The notes beneath the pieces are model-generated. The model was not told the DNA's origin. It saw nothing but the letters and a program-made list of their open reading frames with translations, and did not search any database. From Cyanidioschyzon merolae (taxonomy: Eukaryota): DNA of 64,000 nt. This document shows positions 10,168 to 21,869 of this stretch, piece by piece; the first letter of the stretch is position 1; the number at the start of each line of letters is the position of its first letter. Location of the stretch: NCBI GenBank assembly GCA_000091205.1, contig AP006489.2, one strand, 5' to 3'. Both the position numbers and the translations under genes were made by a program.

Positions 10168-11724
10168 CTAGCCACGATAGCCAGAGTTCAGCACCGCTAT
10201 GGATGAACGTGCTGCCCGGCCGCGGCGCGTCGCTGCGTTCCGTTCAGCCAGTGCGAGCTGGTCGCGTCGCCAGCGCTCAAGCACTCGACGTGGTGGAATA
10301 CTGGGATACGGCTGCGACGCTGCGGGTCCAGTGAAGCCCATTGCAGCTGCGTGGGCGAGCTCCTGATAAGCCAGCACCATCTGCTGGCGCTCTTGTCGAG
10401 CAATGCAGACAGGTAGCTGCGTGCGGTGATGATCATGCACACGCTGGCGATAGTATCGCCAGAGAGACCGGTGTGCAATAGTTCGTCCACTCGCACCTAG
10501 TTGAAGGCCAACAACTTCTTCATCTGGTGGGTGCGTAGATCTCGGTGCCTCGGCGACCGAGACCCACTTTTCCCATGGCGCTAGAGCGACAAACTCAGCC
10601 TCACCCGCAGCCTCATGTGGCGTGCCTGGAGAAAGCGCTTCGCTCGCATCCGCGGCAGACGACAGCAGCGCGTCTGCTCGTACTGGGGTAAAACTGTAGA
10701 ATTCCTGATACTCATCCCAAACCTCCTCCTGATCAAAATCGGGCAACCGGCAGTGCCCAGCATCTCGCATATGATTTCGACAGGCCTGTAAGCTGCTGAA
10801 TACCTCCGCACGACGCTCGAACAGCTGCTCCGCGGAGTCCGTAGTGTCTTGCGAGAGCGGTACGACCCTTCCCCCGAACACGCAACAGTAGCCAAGACCG
10901 ACCTTGACTCCCAGGTATCGTACGAGTCCGGCAAGATCATAGCAGTACTCTATATAGGGCACAAAGAATGAGTGCTCTTTGGCCATGTGGCGGAGATTTG
11001 CAAGGAGAGCGCCGCTGCGCTCCTGTTCTGAAACATTCTCGTCAACGGCAACCTTGTGGTTACAGAAAAGACATTCGTGGATATCAAGGGGACGCGCTTC
11101 TTGCATGCGCTCAGCGAGCCAAGCGTCCAGGTCTGCAGTTTCGAGACTCGTTTCCTTTGATGCACCGGAGATGAGCTGCTGGTGCTGCTCATCAGATTCT
11201 GGGATGCCAAGTTCTCGCAGCTTCTCTCGATGCCTCGCGGTGCGCTCGTGTTGTTGCAGAACTTGCTCACTGGAAAACTCTTTCAGACACCAGATGCATG
11301 CCACACGGCGGCTGCTGGGTTGACGCTCGCCGTTCACGGCTGACGACCTCGCAAATCGAGCGGCGGAGAACAGGGCGTCCTCAGGTATCGCAGACCCCAC
11401 CGATACTCTCACGCTGTAGCTGCTCCAGGGTTCCTGGCTGCTTGGAGTGCTCTCGTCCTCGAGCACGCCGAGATCCATCTGAATAGTTTCGTCGCCGCTT
11501 TCCCAGTTCCTGCAGTGTTCCGTGAAATCAGCCTCCGATAGAGGTGGTAGTTGAGCGGTGCGACGCTTCAGGTTGACGCGGTGCCAGTCAGAGCGGTAGT
11601 GCTGCCGTCTCTTTTCGAGCAGTGCCTCGGGCGAATGCGCTTTACTGGGAGCAGAGTGGCCGTTGTTGGCGTCTGAAGCAGCGACCGCGTCCGCCGGAGA
11701 CCACTGGCAGGCTACGCAGTACAC
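10168..11724 (-). CDS. REI1/ZNF622-like C2H2 zinc-finger protein (cytoplasmic pre-60S factor)
   Basis: N-terminal C2H2 with HYRSDWHRVNLKRR (the ZNF622/REI1 signature) plus additional C2H2 fingers (CIWCLKEF..H..H; CLFCNHK...H..H). Confidence 0.75.
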   Translation of the reverse strand: MYCVACQWSPADAVAASDANNGHSAPSKAHSPEALLEKRRQHYRSDWHRVNLKRRTAQLPPLSEADFTEHCRNWESGDETIQMDLGVLEDESTPSSQEPWSSYSVRVSVGSAIPEDALFSAARFARSSAVNGERQPSSRRVACIWCLKEFSSEQVLQQHERTARHREKLRELGIPESDEQHQQLISGASKETSLETADLDAWLAERMQEARPLDIHECLFCNHKVAVDENVSEQERSGALLANLRHMAKEHSFFVPYIEYCYDLAGLVRYLGVKVGLGYCCVFGGRVVPLSQDTTDSAEQLFERRAEVFSSLQACRNHMRDAGHCRLPDFDQEEVWDEYQEFYSFTPVRADALLSSAADASEALSPGTPHEAAGEAEFVALAPWEKWVSVAEAPRSTHPPDEEVVGLQLGASGRTIAHRSLWRYYRQRVHDHHRTQLPVCIARQERQQMVLAYQELAHAAAMGFTGPAASQPYPSIPPRRVLERWRRDQLALAERNAATRRGRAARSSIAVLNSGYRG

Positions 11725-12292
11725 GTGCTATGCTGCTGGTGTCGCAACGTGCACCAGCGACGTCGCAATCGAACCATTGTCAAGTTGCATCTGCTCGGAC
11801 ACGTCAAAAGTCGCCTCGTTCGTCGAGCGGCCTAGAAAGAGCCGCAGCTTCGCGTGTCAGCGAGGCGCTTCTAAGCTTGATTCGGTACAGTGGCAGCCGC
11901 CAAAGCACCCAACGGAGTCTTTTTCACAGTCGCCCGATAGTTTGCACTCAAGTAACAATTTCAGGTAAATCGAAACGACTCTTGTTCAAAAAGTCAAGTG
12001 GCTCGCGCTCATTCGACAGCAGTTACCTGTTGCAGCCCCGTGAAAACGTATCGCCCCGTTGCAACAGCAAGACAGAACGGAGAATCCTAACATTTCTATT
12101 CATCACAACCACTCTCATAGTCGTCTCGGAGGTGCCTCTTACGCTAGAGATCGCTCAGGTTTACTTCTGCACTCGTCGAGGGCTTGTCGAGTCACCTTGG
12201 CGGGTGACTATACGCTCCTTGCTAGCATTTTGTGGCGTGTAGAGCGCTCGGTAGTCCAGAACGTTGCAGCGACTGCACAAGAACAAGCACTG

Positions 12293-12586
12293 ATGCTCCC
12301 GGTCGGACTTGTCCGCGGTGCCGTTGGTCAGCAAGTCACTGTGGAGCTGAAAAATGGAAAGCACTGCACTGGCGTTTTAACTGGTGTTGATCCGTGGATG
12401 AACTTGAACTTGGAGAGCGCACGAGTAACTGGGGCTTCACGGGCCGCGACAACGGACTCGGTCGAGCAAGCGGCTTCCTATGCTGCGCTCCATATCCGTG
12501 GAACAATGATCAAGCTCGTGCAACTTCCGAGCAAAAGCTGGGAGTATGCACAGGATGAGCGCAAGCCACGGCAGCTCCGCGAGTAG
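12293..12586 (+). CDS. LSM4: LSm4-like Sm-fold protein
   Basis: MLPVGLVRGAVGQQVTVELKNGKHCTGVLTGVDPWMNLNLESARV...IRGTMIKLVQLP matches the LSm4 Sm1/Sm2 motifs. Start placed at the internal ATG 12293 of ORF 12059-12586. Confidence 0.65.
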   Translation: MLPVGLVRGAVGQQVTVELKNGKHCTGVLTGVDPWMNLNLESARVTGASRAATTDSVEQAASYAALHIRGTMIKLVQLPSKSWEYAQDERKPRQLRE

Positions 12587-13562
12587 CCGCTCGAGAGCGT
12601 CCTGGTCAGAGCCGTCTGCTAAAATTCGTAGTGTACCTCTGGAAGCGAATTTGATACGGTTTATGTTCGAGGAGAAGCTGCTCCAAACCGTACAAGAACA
12701 CGGTGTGGTAGCTGTGGTGTCCACAGAAGCGAAGGTTGCTACGACTTGAGATGTTTTAGGTGGAATAGCCTACCATCATATCTACAGGTAGCATTTTTAT
12801 GGGGTACAGCGCAAGCCTTGCGCATATGTATGTGGTAAACTGACGCGAGGTCTGGAATTGTGCCATGGCATTGCCTGGGAATACGAAGACGCTCATTCGA
12901 CTCCATTTAAATTTCAGAGGCAACAAGTAATGTATGCGCGCTTCTTCCATACCACGGGGGCCCTAGAGGCAGATCCATCTATGCTTCCTGCCTGCCTGCC
13001 TGGCTGCCTGCCATTTTCTCTACCTACGTGCAGTTTTCGCGTTCCACAGGAATGAGGTGCGTGTATCTCTGACCTCCTCTGGAGGAGATTGCAATATGCT
13101 TGCCAGCCAGTGCTCCAAATATCCGAACGAAGACGCGCTGACTCGAGAAGCAAGTAGAGCGCTTTTAGGTTATCGGGTATCTGCGTCTCAGCTTCGCGAT
13201 CGTGAAGTTCATTCACCAGGTTCCCCATTTCCTATGTACATTCTCTCGTTCATGTGCGTAGCCACGACATGACCAGGAGATATCGCCTGCAGCGGCCCTT
13301 CAAGTGCAGTTCACAAACCACATGCTATTTGGCGCTCGAAGCATGCCGCTGCAAAACAACAGTTGCAAATGCAGAATCCAAACTTCTATCTCGACATGCC
13401 ATGTGCTTTGTTCGATGCATTCCATAGCGCCTATTGAGGAATATTGCAAGGTACTCTGCCATTTGCGAGCTGTCGCACCAGCAACATTCCGAACTGTACA
13501 GCTCCGGTGCGCTTCTCACAACCGCGTCATTTTCCTCCCGCTCTGATGGGCTGCGTACGCGA

Positions 13563-13931
13563 CTAAAATTCTCTTGACACCGCGAAAGTCGGAACCAGAG
13601 ATTCGAGACCTCGAACAGCGCCCAAGTTTTGCGGTGCCGCTGCAGACGGTGCTGCCGTGCGACCTCGCACTGGGGCCGGAGGCAGCACGCCCGCCAAACC
13701 CAGCAGCTTAGCGACGCGCTCAGACGGCTGGGCGCCCACGGACAGCCAGTACTGAGTTCTTTTCACGTCGAACTGAACGAGCTTCGCCCCTCGAATTACC
13801 CGCGGGTTGTAGGTTCCGACGTGCTCGAGGAAGCGGCCGTCGCGTGGTGCTCGCGAGTCCGCCACCACGATACGGAACACCGCCGCGTGTCGACGCCCAT
13901 GCCTCGCAAGACGTATGCGGACTGGACTCAT
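13563..13931 (-). CDS. mitochondrial ribosomal protein bS16
   Basis: MSPVRIRLARHGRRHAAVFRIVVADSRAPRDGRFLEHVGTYNP is the bacterial-type ribosomal S16 signature. Confidence 0.75.
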   Translation of the reverse strand: MSPVRIRLARHGRRHAAVFRIVVADSRAPRDGRFLEHVGTYNPRVIRGAKLVQFDVKRTQYWLSVGAQPSERVAKLLGLAGVLPPAPVRGRTAAPSAAAPQNLGAVRGLESLVPTFAVSREF

Positions 13932-15386
13932 GCGCTCCACAGCGTTCAGTTCTGGCGATAAGCTACGTAGGAGCGTCTATAGCACGGCTGCTCTGAAGCT
14001 GCGGCTGATTCGGGCAATACGCATCCAGGATGCTTCGAGGGCGCGCGTGCTATGTTCTGCCCCGTATCCCTTTATTTCTGTACCTAAATGTACAAGAGGG
14101 ACACAGTGCCAAGGTGACACTTTCCGCTCGACCATTGCCGACACTTGTCCCGATGCTCCTGAACAGTAGATTCGTGCAACTTCCACGGATCAACGTGTCC
14201 CCTGCAGTTGCACTTCAACGAGCCGCTGTGTATTTTGTGGTCACGCTCTCGGAAATCCGTGATTTTTGCGCTACTTCGCGAGTGCCAGGTACTCCTGGTG
14301 CAAACGCGAATGCGAACAGCACCAGCAGGGAATAGCAACCGACACTTATTCATGCAGCGGCAATGAACAGTGCAGCCTGGTGTAGAATCCTGCATGGCCG
14401 CCCTGCATGCAACGGGTGGAATGCCGTGTCGGAGGCCAGCCATGACCTTTGCCTGTTTCGTGCCCACATTTCAGGTTCGGACAGTCTAGGCAGACGAGTT
14501 CGAGGCCTTGCGAGCCATGGACCAAAAGGTGAAGGTACTGCAGCATGCCCTTCTCAGTGGTGGTTACGCTGGGAACATGATGCAAGCGGCATCGGCGGCG
14601 GCCACTTTTATCGGCCCTGGACGCACGAGCAATGAGCGATGCGATGCTTCAGTACGCAAAATTCATCATGAAACAGCATCTTTAGAGGATCCCTGCAGCG
14701 CCCGTGGATTCCTCGAACTTTTGACGCTGGCTGCGGGCTTCGAAAAGAAGAATGGATGCAGCAGCAGCGGCGTTCAAGGATTCTGTGCTAGATTCCAGAG
14801 CAACTGAAACTGTATGTGTAGGGCTTGAGCTCTCGTGCGAAGCATGTGGAGCGAGTAACCACGAGAAGCGTGTGCAAGACCTGATTGCTTTGCTCACAAA
14901 TGGAACGGAATCCCTCCGCAGTACAGAAGCCGCACATGGACAAGCCGAACTGGTCTGTCGGCTCACGCAAAGACAGGATAGACACGATGTATTGAGGCGA
15001 ATTTCAGGGCTCCTGCGAAATACACAAAGGCCGTAGTTCGAAAATACAATAAATTGCTGCGTTCATCCAGAACGACTCTCCCGAAGATCCTCTTCCGGAA
15101 CCCTCTCGAACCGTTTCTAGATGTTAGTAACCTGAACCCTTGAGATGCATCCAACGATGTGGCCATGTGCGAGTAGAGCAAAGTTCGCAGAGCCTGATGT
15201 GTCGTTGACCAGCGGACTACCGTAGTCTACGAGGTGGAAATCGAAGCAGCGCCTCACCAATGTTAAGTCATAAATGATCGCTCAGGTATACGCCCATTCA
15301 AATCAGAGAAGATAGCTCATCCATGAAACGCGTGCACAAAAGAAAAGATTCTTCCAAATATTTGCTGCCAGAACGCGATGTCTATA

Positions 15387-17789
15387 TTAATCACAAAGAT
15401 CAACAACGATCGTGTCCGCCAGACAACCGGAGTTCTCAGTACGATCATGCCAGCTGCTGTTATTTTGAAGCGTTTGTGACTTTCGCTCAGAGAACGGCTC
15501 GAACGAAATGGCCCGCTCGCATTTCATGCTGGCTCGCAAGGCAGACGGCTCCGACTCAGCCGCCATTGTATGCATAAACGTCCCATCTGGAAGGACGTCA
15601 ATGAACTCCTCTTCTGGATGCGCGAATTCTAGGGCCTTTCGAAAGAACTCGCAGACCTGTAGCATGTGCAGCGGGGCCGGCTTGTTCGTCACTGGGCAGA
15701 TGAATCGCTTCGTTAAGCGACTCATTTCAATATAACTGATCGCGTCGAAGCACTGAAGCTGCGTACTGCCCCGGACTCGAACTGGTATTTTGATCCGTGT
15801 TCGACTGAGCGGACATAATAGCGAAATCCGCACCGATTCAATGTCAAGATCATCATCGCCGGCCTGGACGGCTGGGCACAAAATTGCTCTCGCCTTTTCA
15901 GCTGAAGGTCGCTTCCGGGCAAGGACGCGTTCTAGTTCGAATTCTACGGAGAATAAGTGCGCAGATTGTACAACGAAAACGTAGAACTTCTCTGCCGGCC
16001 ACGGACAGACGTGCTCTTCTAAACTTTGGTTAATATCGAGCCGTAGTAAAAGCGTTCGACCCCCTGTCCCCAACTGAACTTCTTTCCGGTATGCTTTTTG
16101 AATGGGAAGTGTAAGATCCACATATTGTGCTGCTTTCTTGATATCCACACTATGTAGCTGTGACGAACTCGAGGACTGCAAACTAAGCCACGCACGGCAA
16201 GAGGCTGGAAAAGCGCAGTCCCATGATGAAATTCGCCTATTAGAGACTTCAAAGCAACGCAAAACAATCGCCGTTCGGAGACTCGGCATTTTGGGGAGCA
16301 TTTTGTCCAGTGGTACCGGAACAGAAAATTCCAGAGATGTTGGGAGCCCTCGTGTCAGCTTCTTGCAGAACGTACGGTCCGTGGTGAAATCATTCTGCCT
16401 GGTATCAAATGATATGTTGTCCACAAGAGACAGAAATGACTGAATGCTCTCATCGCAACCAGATCGAGCGTTTTGTGCTTCCAAGGCAAGTGCCATGACA
16501 TCATCCGTCCATAATCTGCTGAAGGAATCTGCTTGATTTGCAGTGCCTCTTGGATTCCTCATAACCCCGGGAGCTTGCGAATTCGCCAGGGTGCGTTCCA
16601 GAGGATTCATAGGCATCTCCTGCGTGATGCCGGTGCTCTGCACATGCTGCACGGCAGCCATGGTTTCGTGGATACGGTGCAAATGGGCACCGTTCAACTG
16701 CGATGTCTCCGAGCGGCCTTCCTCGACTTCGCCAGAAGTGCCGTATCGATCGATCGGAACAAGCACACCGTTTCGAATGCAAAATCTCGAAGAACGCAGC
16801 CGCCTCGGTGTCCATCGAGGTGGTAATTCGGATGGATGCGGATGCGGAGCCAGCCAACTGATCGCCGTGAACGGCGGACGGATGAAGGCATCCTCGGTAA
16901 ACCCTCGACGTTCCTCACTCGCACCTCTGTGTAGAATCTGGACTCGCTCAGCGTTGGCTGTGAGCAGTGCATCTTCTGTCACGCAAAGACGTCCGACAGT
17001 GGACGAATCTGCACCGTCAGCGACTTTCAGAACGAGGCTCAGCAAAGTAGCCGCATTTGTGCCTCGACGATGCTGCACATTCAGCATGATCCCGATATCC
17101 ACGACACGCTCTTTGGTGAACTTACCAAAAACCTCCATCCGCCCACGAAGCGAAACGTCTGGGCTCCATCCCTGGTGGGTTAAAATTGCCCTAACTGCCT
17201 CCGAGGGATTCGTTCCTCCGTAACCCACCATTTTGGCGAGGAGCCAAAAGCTTGTGAACACAGGAGGCCTTGACCAGAGCTGCAAGATTCGAGTCAAGTT
17301 CTCGGCACCAAAGCATCTCTCGGCCAAAAACCCTCCAGAAGGTGTTGCTCGCGAGAACGGCCTACCAAGTAGGCGTTCTGAACCTGCTGGGCTTTGCGTC
17401 TCGCAAGCGAACCCACTGGGCACAGAAAGAGAACTAAAGGAACCCCTGATTCCATCAGGTGCCTCCTGTGAATGGTCAGCTGAGCAGTCCTGGAAAGACT
17501 CCCGCTCCAGACCGAAACTCGACAGCGCGCTCATAGGATAGTGGTCACCTCCTGGGGTACCGTTTCCTGACTGCCCCGCCATGGCATCAGCGAGCAAGTT
17601 ATTGTTCGCCGTGAGCACGAGGAGCTCCTCTGCACTGAGGTCAGCTTGAAGGTCCAGTTCTCCGATATCAACGTCCATCAGCACGGCGTTTACGACTATA
17701 GCTGCGAAGCTAGAAGCCTTTTTTTGACGTGCACCAATTTTAGGCTGTGACAGTGACCGGCCAGTGATGCTTGCCGGAATCGGTAGCAC
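15387..17789 (-). CDS. SP-RING (MIZ) zinc-finger protein, PIAS/Siz-type SUMO E3 ligase-like
   Basis: LLCPLSRTRIKIPVRVRGSTQLQCFDAISYIEMSRLTKRFICPVTNK matches the SP-RING consensus. One canonical Cys is replaced by Thr. Confidence 0.7.
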   Translation of the reverse strand: MLPIPASITGRSLSQPKIGARQKKASSFAAIVVNAVLMDVDIGELDLQADLSAEELLVLTANNNLLADAMAGQSGNGTPGGDHYPMSALSSFGLERESFQDCSADHSQEAPDGIRGSFSSLSVPSGFACETQSPAGSERLLGRPFSRATPSGGFLAERCFGAENLTRILQLWSRPPVFTSFWLLAKMVGYGGTNPSEAVRAILTHQGWSPDVSLRGRMEVFGKFTKERVVDIGIMLNVQHRRGTNAATLLSLVLKVADGADSSTVGRLCVTEDALLTANAERVQILHRGASEERRGFTEDAFIRPPFTAISWLAPHPHPSELPPRWTPRRLRSSRFCIRNGVLVPIDRYGTSGEVEEGRSETSQLNGAHLHRIHETMAAVQHVQSTGITQEMPMNPLERTLANSQAPGVMRNPRGTANQADSFSRLWTDDVMALALEAQNARSGCDESIQSFLSLVDNISFDTRQNDFTTDRTFCKKLTRGLPTSLEFSVPVPLDKMLPKMPSLRTAIVLRCFEVSNRRISSWDCAFPASCRAWLSLQSSSSSQLHSVDIKKAAQYVDLTLPIQKAYRKEVQLGTGGRTLLLRLDINQSLEEHVCPWPAEKFYVFVVQSAHLFSVEFELERVLARKRPSAEKARAILCPAVQAGDDDLDIESVRISLLCPLSRTRIKIPVRVRGSTQLQCFDAISYIEMSRLTKRFICPVTNKPAPLHMLQVCEFFRKALEFAHPEEEFIDVLPDGTFMHTMAAESEPSALRASMKCERAISFEPFSERKSQTLQNNSSWHDRTENSGCLADTIVVDLCD

Positions 17790-17974
17790 TACATCGTGTT
17801 ATCAGAACTGTAAACGCCGGTTGTTCCGGGTAGAGTACTGGAACGATCCCGAGGACTGCTGAAGTTTGATCATTGACCAGAAGCTTGCGCTTTCGAGTTC
17901 ATACGCTAGGCGCTCTCGTAGTGGTGTGAGTTAAGGCGATTCTGGAAGAAGGTATCTTTGTACTTCCGTTCACT
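17790..17974. promoter_or_regulatory. compact divergent intergenic region between the SP-RING gene (-) and COX11 (+)
   Basis: 185 bp between two head-to-head start codons. Inferred bidirectional promoter. Confidence 0.3.
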
Positions 17975-19036
17975 ATGCGAGTCGTAAGTTTTCCACGTTC
18001 GAGTGGCTCTGCCTTGCGGAAACGCACGGAAGCTTTCGCTGGCTTGCTGAGCTACCCATGGTGCCAGCACTCAGCTCTGGAACTATACAGTCGGCAAAAA
18101 GTTTTGAACACCAGGCGATTGAGCTTCCTCGACTCTGGGATGTGCTTATTTGCTGGCGTCCGGACGTTTCGTTCCAATTTCTTAGCGTCTGAGTTGCGCT
18201 TGGCGCGAGCAACACACTTAAATTTGGATTTATGGAGGCGCAACTCTAGTTTACTGCGAAAAACGCACGTTCAATACCGACAAGCTAGCGGTCGCGGTCG
18301 GGGGCCAAGCACGGCCGACTCGTCTGATGTGCGGAAACGGAACTTGAATTTTCTTGCGTGGAGCCTCTCTGCCGCGATATGTACAGTTGGACTCTCATAC
18401 GCATCCGTGCCTTTGTATAGAATGTTTTGTCAAGTTACTGGATACGGAGGCACTGTACAGACGGAAACTGAAGAGTATGAGAATCGATGGAGCGCGCTCC
18501 AATCATCACCAAGCGCTGAAGGGGATACTCGTTCCGAATCCTCAGCGCCGGAGCCGAGCGCGAGTAGTCGCACAAAATCCTCACATCGCCGGGAACGAAT
18601 GCGTATTCGACAAGACGCAAGACCTATTACGATCCGCTTCAATGCGGACGTGAATGCTGCCATGCCGATCACTTTCGTGCCACGTCAGTCGATAGTGCAC
18701 GTTGTACCCGGGGAGGCTGCGCTAGCCTTTTATACCGCACAAAATCAGGCTAATGAAGATGTTGTCGGAATCGCCACCTACAACGTAGTGCCCGCGAAGG
18801 CGGGAGTCTACTTCAACAAGATTCAGTGCTTCTGCTTCGAGGAACAGCGTTTTAAGGCAGGCGAAAAAATCGATATGCCTGTCCTTTTTTTCATTGACCG
18901 CGAATTCAGTGATGATCCTCGCATGGTAGACGTAGATACGATTATCCTCTCGTACACATTCTTCCGAGCGCAGGATGTTTCTCCTGAATTTCTGGCGGAA
19001 CAACAGCGTCAAGCAATCGGGCTCGCAACGAGTTGA
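17975..19036 (+). CDS. COX11: cytochrome c oxidase assembly protein COX11
   Basis: TM helix, then VPLYRMFCQVTGYGGT, then CFCFEEQRFKAGEKIDMPVLFFID (CtaG/Cox11 copper-binding domain). N-terminal presequence-like region. Confidence 0.85.
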   Translation: MRVVSFPRSSGSALRKRTEAFAGLLSYPWCQHSALELYSRQKVLNTRRLSFLDSGMCLFAGVRTFRSNFLASELRLARATHLNLDLWRRNSSLLRKTHVQYRQASGRGRGPSTADSSDVRKRNLNFLAWSLSAAICTVGLSYASVPLYRMFCQVTGYGGTVQTETEEYENRWSALQSSPSAEGDTRSESSAPEPSASSRTKSSHRRERMRIRQDARPITIRFNADVNAAMPITFVPRQSIVHVVPGEAALAFYTAQNQANEDVVGIATYNVVPAKAGVYFNKIQCFCFEEQRFKAGEKIDMPVLFFIDREFSDDPRMVDVDTIILSYTFFRAQDVSPEFLAEQQRQAIGLATS

Positions 19037-19563
19037 GATCTGTGGAGAATGACGCTAGGATGGGAACTTGCTTGATAACCTCTTGACCCTCGAGAAACCC
19101 CAACAGTCTATGTGTAGTGCATGCATGAAGGCAGCTACGAGTTAACGATCAGATGCATCCGTCTGAACCACGACAATCTCTGTTGTGCATTAATGGGAAG
19201 GGCATATGTCGCGAGAAAGACTACCAGTCGCGCTGTAAACCAAGAATTCGCCAGAAGAGGTTTCCCGCGGGATCATTTTCTACGAGTTGACTGTTAGGAT
19301 GTTCCAGATAATCTAGTTGGACCCCATATGCAGACTGGTGGGTAAGCGGTGTCAGTGGAATATTGTCCATGCGAGTCTGCAGCGGTGCTAGATAGGAATC
19401 CAACGGTGGAAACAGGAATTTCAAGAAGCCCAGAACGACAGCGTGCACAGGCGTATTTTCATAAAAGGTGCATCAATCCATGCCCGAGGGCACGAATAGT
19501 GAAGTGCGACGAGAGATCCCAAGCTTGCAGAGAAGTTGCTTGCGCGAAGGGTGTGGATGTTCT

Positions 19564-20163
19564 CTACATTTTTCGGATGCGTCGTTTCTTCTGATCGACT
19601 ACCCGCCTTGGGGCAACTGCAGAAGTGCGTTGCATGTCGGGCCGTGCTGTTGCGTTCGCAATAAATGGTAGAAACGATCCCACTCCAAACGTAGTCTGCA
19701 AGGGAGCAATTTGTCTGGCCTGAGGCGAGGTGGGAAGAGTCTCTGTTGCAGCGGCCGCCGCTGAAACACTTGCGCTCACTACTTCCCCAGATTCGGGATC
19801 GTTTATGTCCGGACGACCAGAAAACCCTTCAGAGCTTTCGCGGCTAGGGAGTAGCAAATCTTCGGGAAGGTCGTCCTCCGTCGAAAGGTGCAAAACTATG
19901 TCTTCCAACTCGGAGAGGTAACGGACGAAATTAAACGAGTCTCCATCTGCTGTCTCGAGTGACTTGCCCTCATCGTCCAAAACAGCGCTCGCATCGAGCT
20001 CCAACGCTCCTGACGGAAGACGAAGAGCTGCAAAAAGTGCGTCCAAGCACTCCTCTTCGTAGGCAGCTGCACCACCGCGTTGTCCGGAACTCATACAGAG
20101 CACCAGTGGAAAGCAAGACTTTCTCTCAATTGAAGACGATTTCAACCAATACGCGCATATCAA
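19564..20163 (-). CDS. hypothetical acidic protein
   Basis: 199-aa ORF rich in D/E/S, no recognisable domain. May be spurious. Confidence 0.25.
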   Translation of the reverse strand: MICAYWLKSSSIERKSCFPLVLCMSSGQRGGAAAYEEECLDALFAALRLPSGALELDASAVLDDEGKSLETADGDSFNFVRYLSELEDIVLHLSTEDDLPEDLLLPSRESSEGFSGRPDINDPESGEVVSASVSAAAAATETLPTSPQARQIAPLQTTFGVGSFLPFIANATARPDMQRTSAVAPRRVVDQKKRRIRKM

Positions 20164-20261
20164 AGACCTTCCAGTTATATTTCTACGTGTACTCGGGTAA
20201 CCACAACGTCACCGTGACGAATGACGTACCACTCCGGCAATAGAGAATAGATTTAGCGTTC

Positions 20262-21716
20262 TTGCATCTCAACACCAGACGCTGCGACAAAACACGTGGT
20301 GATTCTGGGACTGTCTTCCGTGGCGGTATGTTTCTGGCAGAGGCCGTGTTTCGGATACGACAACAGTCAAAAACGATCTCGTACTCAGCACGTCACGAAA
20401 ACAGTTGCGTACAAGGCTTGAAGCTAACTTCAGAGAAACCTGAGGCACGGTCAACTGTGGCGGCACTCTCAAGAAGGGTTTGGAGCCTCCGCGACGAGGG
20501 CGCATACTCAATTCTCGAGCGAGCAAACCATTTAGACAGGCATGCAACAAGCACCGCAGACAAGATTATCCACTTGGAAATAGGTCAGCCTTCAGCTGCG
20601 CCTCCGCAACACGTCGTTGACGCACTTATCAACGCTGTCCAAAGTGGAGAAACGAAGTACACAGACCCGGCTGGCACGCTGAAGCTTCGCGAAGCCATAT
20701 GTGCCTACATTGAAAGAACGCACCAGCTAAAACACGGCACCCTGAGTCCTAATATGGTCGTCGTTGGCCCAGGAGCGAAACCGGGAATAGCTCTCTCGTG
20801 TCTGGCGCTTTTGGAACCTGGTGACGAGGTTCTCGTTCCAGACCCGGGGTTTCCAGCGTATCGAGCACTGATTGAGGTATGTGGAGCTCGCGCTGTAACC
20901 TATACTGTGTCATCAGAGTTTGGATTGCTCGATCCAGCGGAAATCTCTGCTAAAATCACGCAGAAAACGAAGCTTTTGATCCTGAACTCTCCGAGCAATC
21001 CGACCGGTGGTGTTTTATCCCCAAAGACTTTAAAGGAACTGGAACATGTTCTAAAGAGTTGCGGCAGCGATATATGGATTTTATCTGATGAGATATATGC
21101 GCGATGGTTCTACGAAGACAGACAGATCGATGATGAGGCTGCAGGACACGTATCAATCTTTTGTGACGATGAACTTCGATCTCGAACTATCCTCATCGAT
21201 GGCCTTTCCAAGTCATTCTCAATGACCGGGTTTCGCATCGGGTACGCAGTCGCTCCGGCGTTCCTTGCGGAGCGGCTCCGGCTCCTTGCAGTGCATATCT
21301 ATGGATGCGTCGCGAACTTCACCCAAAGCGCGGCTACGACGGCTTTTGTTGAACAGGAAAAGAGTGATGCATATATTCGGAGTCTGATCGAAATGTATCG
21401 AAGGAACAGAGATCTAACTTACGAAACGCTCTCCATCATGAAGGGGTGCTATCTGGCGAAACCTCAGGGTGCTTTCTACGCATGGCTAGATGTATCCGCG
21501 TACGGGATACCGACACCAGATTTGGCGCGGTACTTGTTGGAACACGGCAGAGTAGCTGTTCTCCCGGGAACGGATTTCGGATCTCAGGGAGAGGGATTTT
21601 TGCGGATCAGTTTTGTATGCGATCAGGCCGAGCTACGCGAAGGCCTTGGAAGGTTGGATATTGCCCTGCGAAAAATCGCTCCATCAGGAATACAGCAGAA
21701 ACTCAAACAAAATTAG
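20262..21716 (+). CDS. class I (Ib, prokaryotic-type) aspartate aminotransferase; possible aspartate/prephenate aminotransferase
   Basis: NSPSNPTGGV and the PLP-lysine motif SKSFSMTGFRIGY. N-terminal extension may be a transit peptide; the true start may be internal. Confidence 0.8.
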   Translation: MHLNTRRCDKTRGDSGTVFRGGMFLAEAVFRIRQQSKTISYSARHENSCVQGLKLTSEKPEARSTVAALSRRVWSLRDEGAYSILERANHLDRHATSTADKIIHLEIGQPSAAPPQHVVDALINAVQSGETKYTDPAGTLKLREAICAYIERTHQLKHGTLSPNMVVVGPGAKPGIALSCLALLEPGDEVLVPDPGFPAYRALIEVCGARAVTYTVSSEFGLLDPAEISAKITQKTKLLILNSPSNPTGGVLSPKTLKELEHVLKSCGSDIWILSDEIYARWFYEDRQIDDEAAGHVSIFCDDELRSRTILIDGLSKSFSMTGFRIGYAVAPAFLAERLRLLAVHIYGCVANFTQSAATTAFVEQEKSDAYIRSLIEMYRRNRDLTYETLSIMKGCYLAKPQGAFYAWLDVSAYGIPTPDLARYLLEHGRVAVLPGTDFGSQGEGFLRISFVCDQAELREGLGRLDIALRKIAPSGIQQKLKQN

Positions 21717-21869
21717 ATTTGCAGCAAGAAAATGATATTGGGATCTGCTCGACCTTTCGATTAAGTCGCTTTCTGCAACAGAACGACTTCAGCTAGTGAG
21801 GAACGTGCCAAGCTCGTGTATGCGCCAGATGGCACGACACGGTAACGGTTTAGGAAGCCAGCGGTTCCG

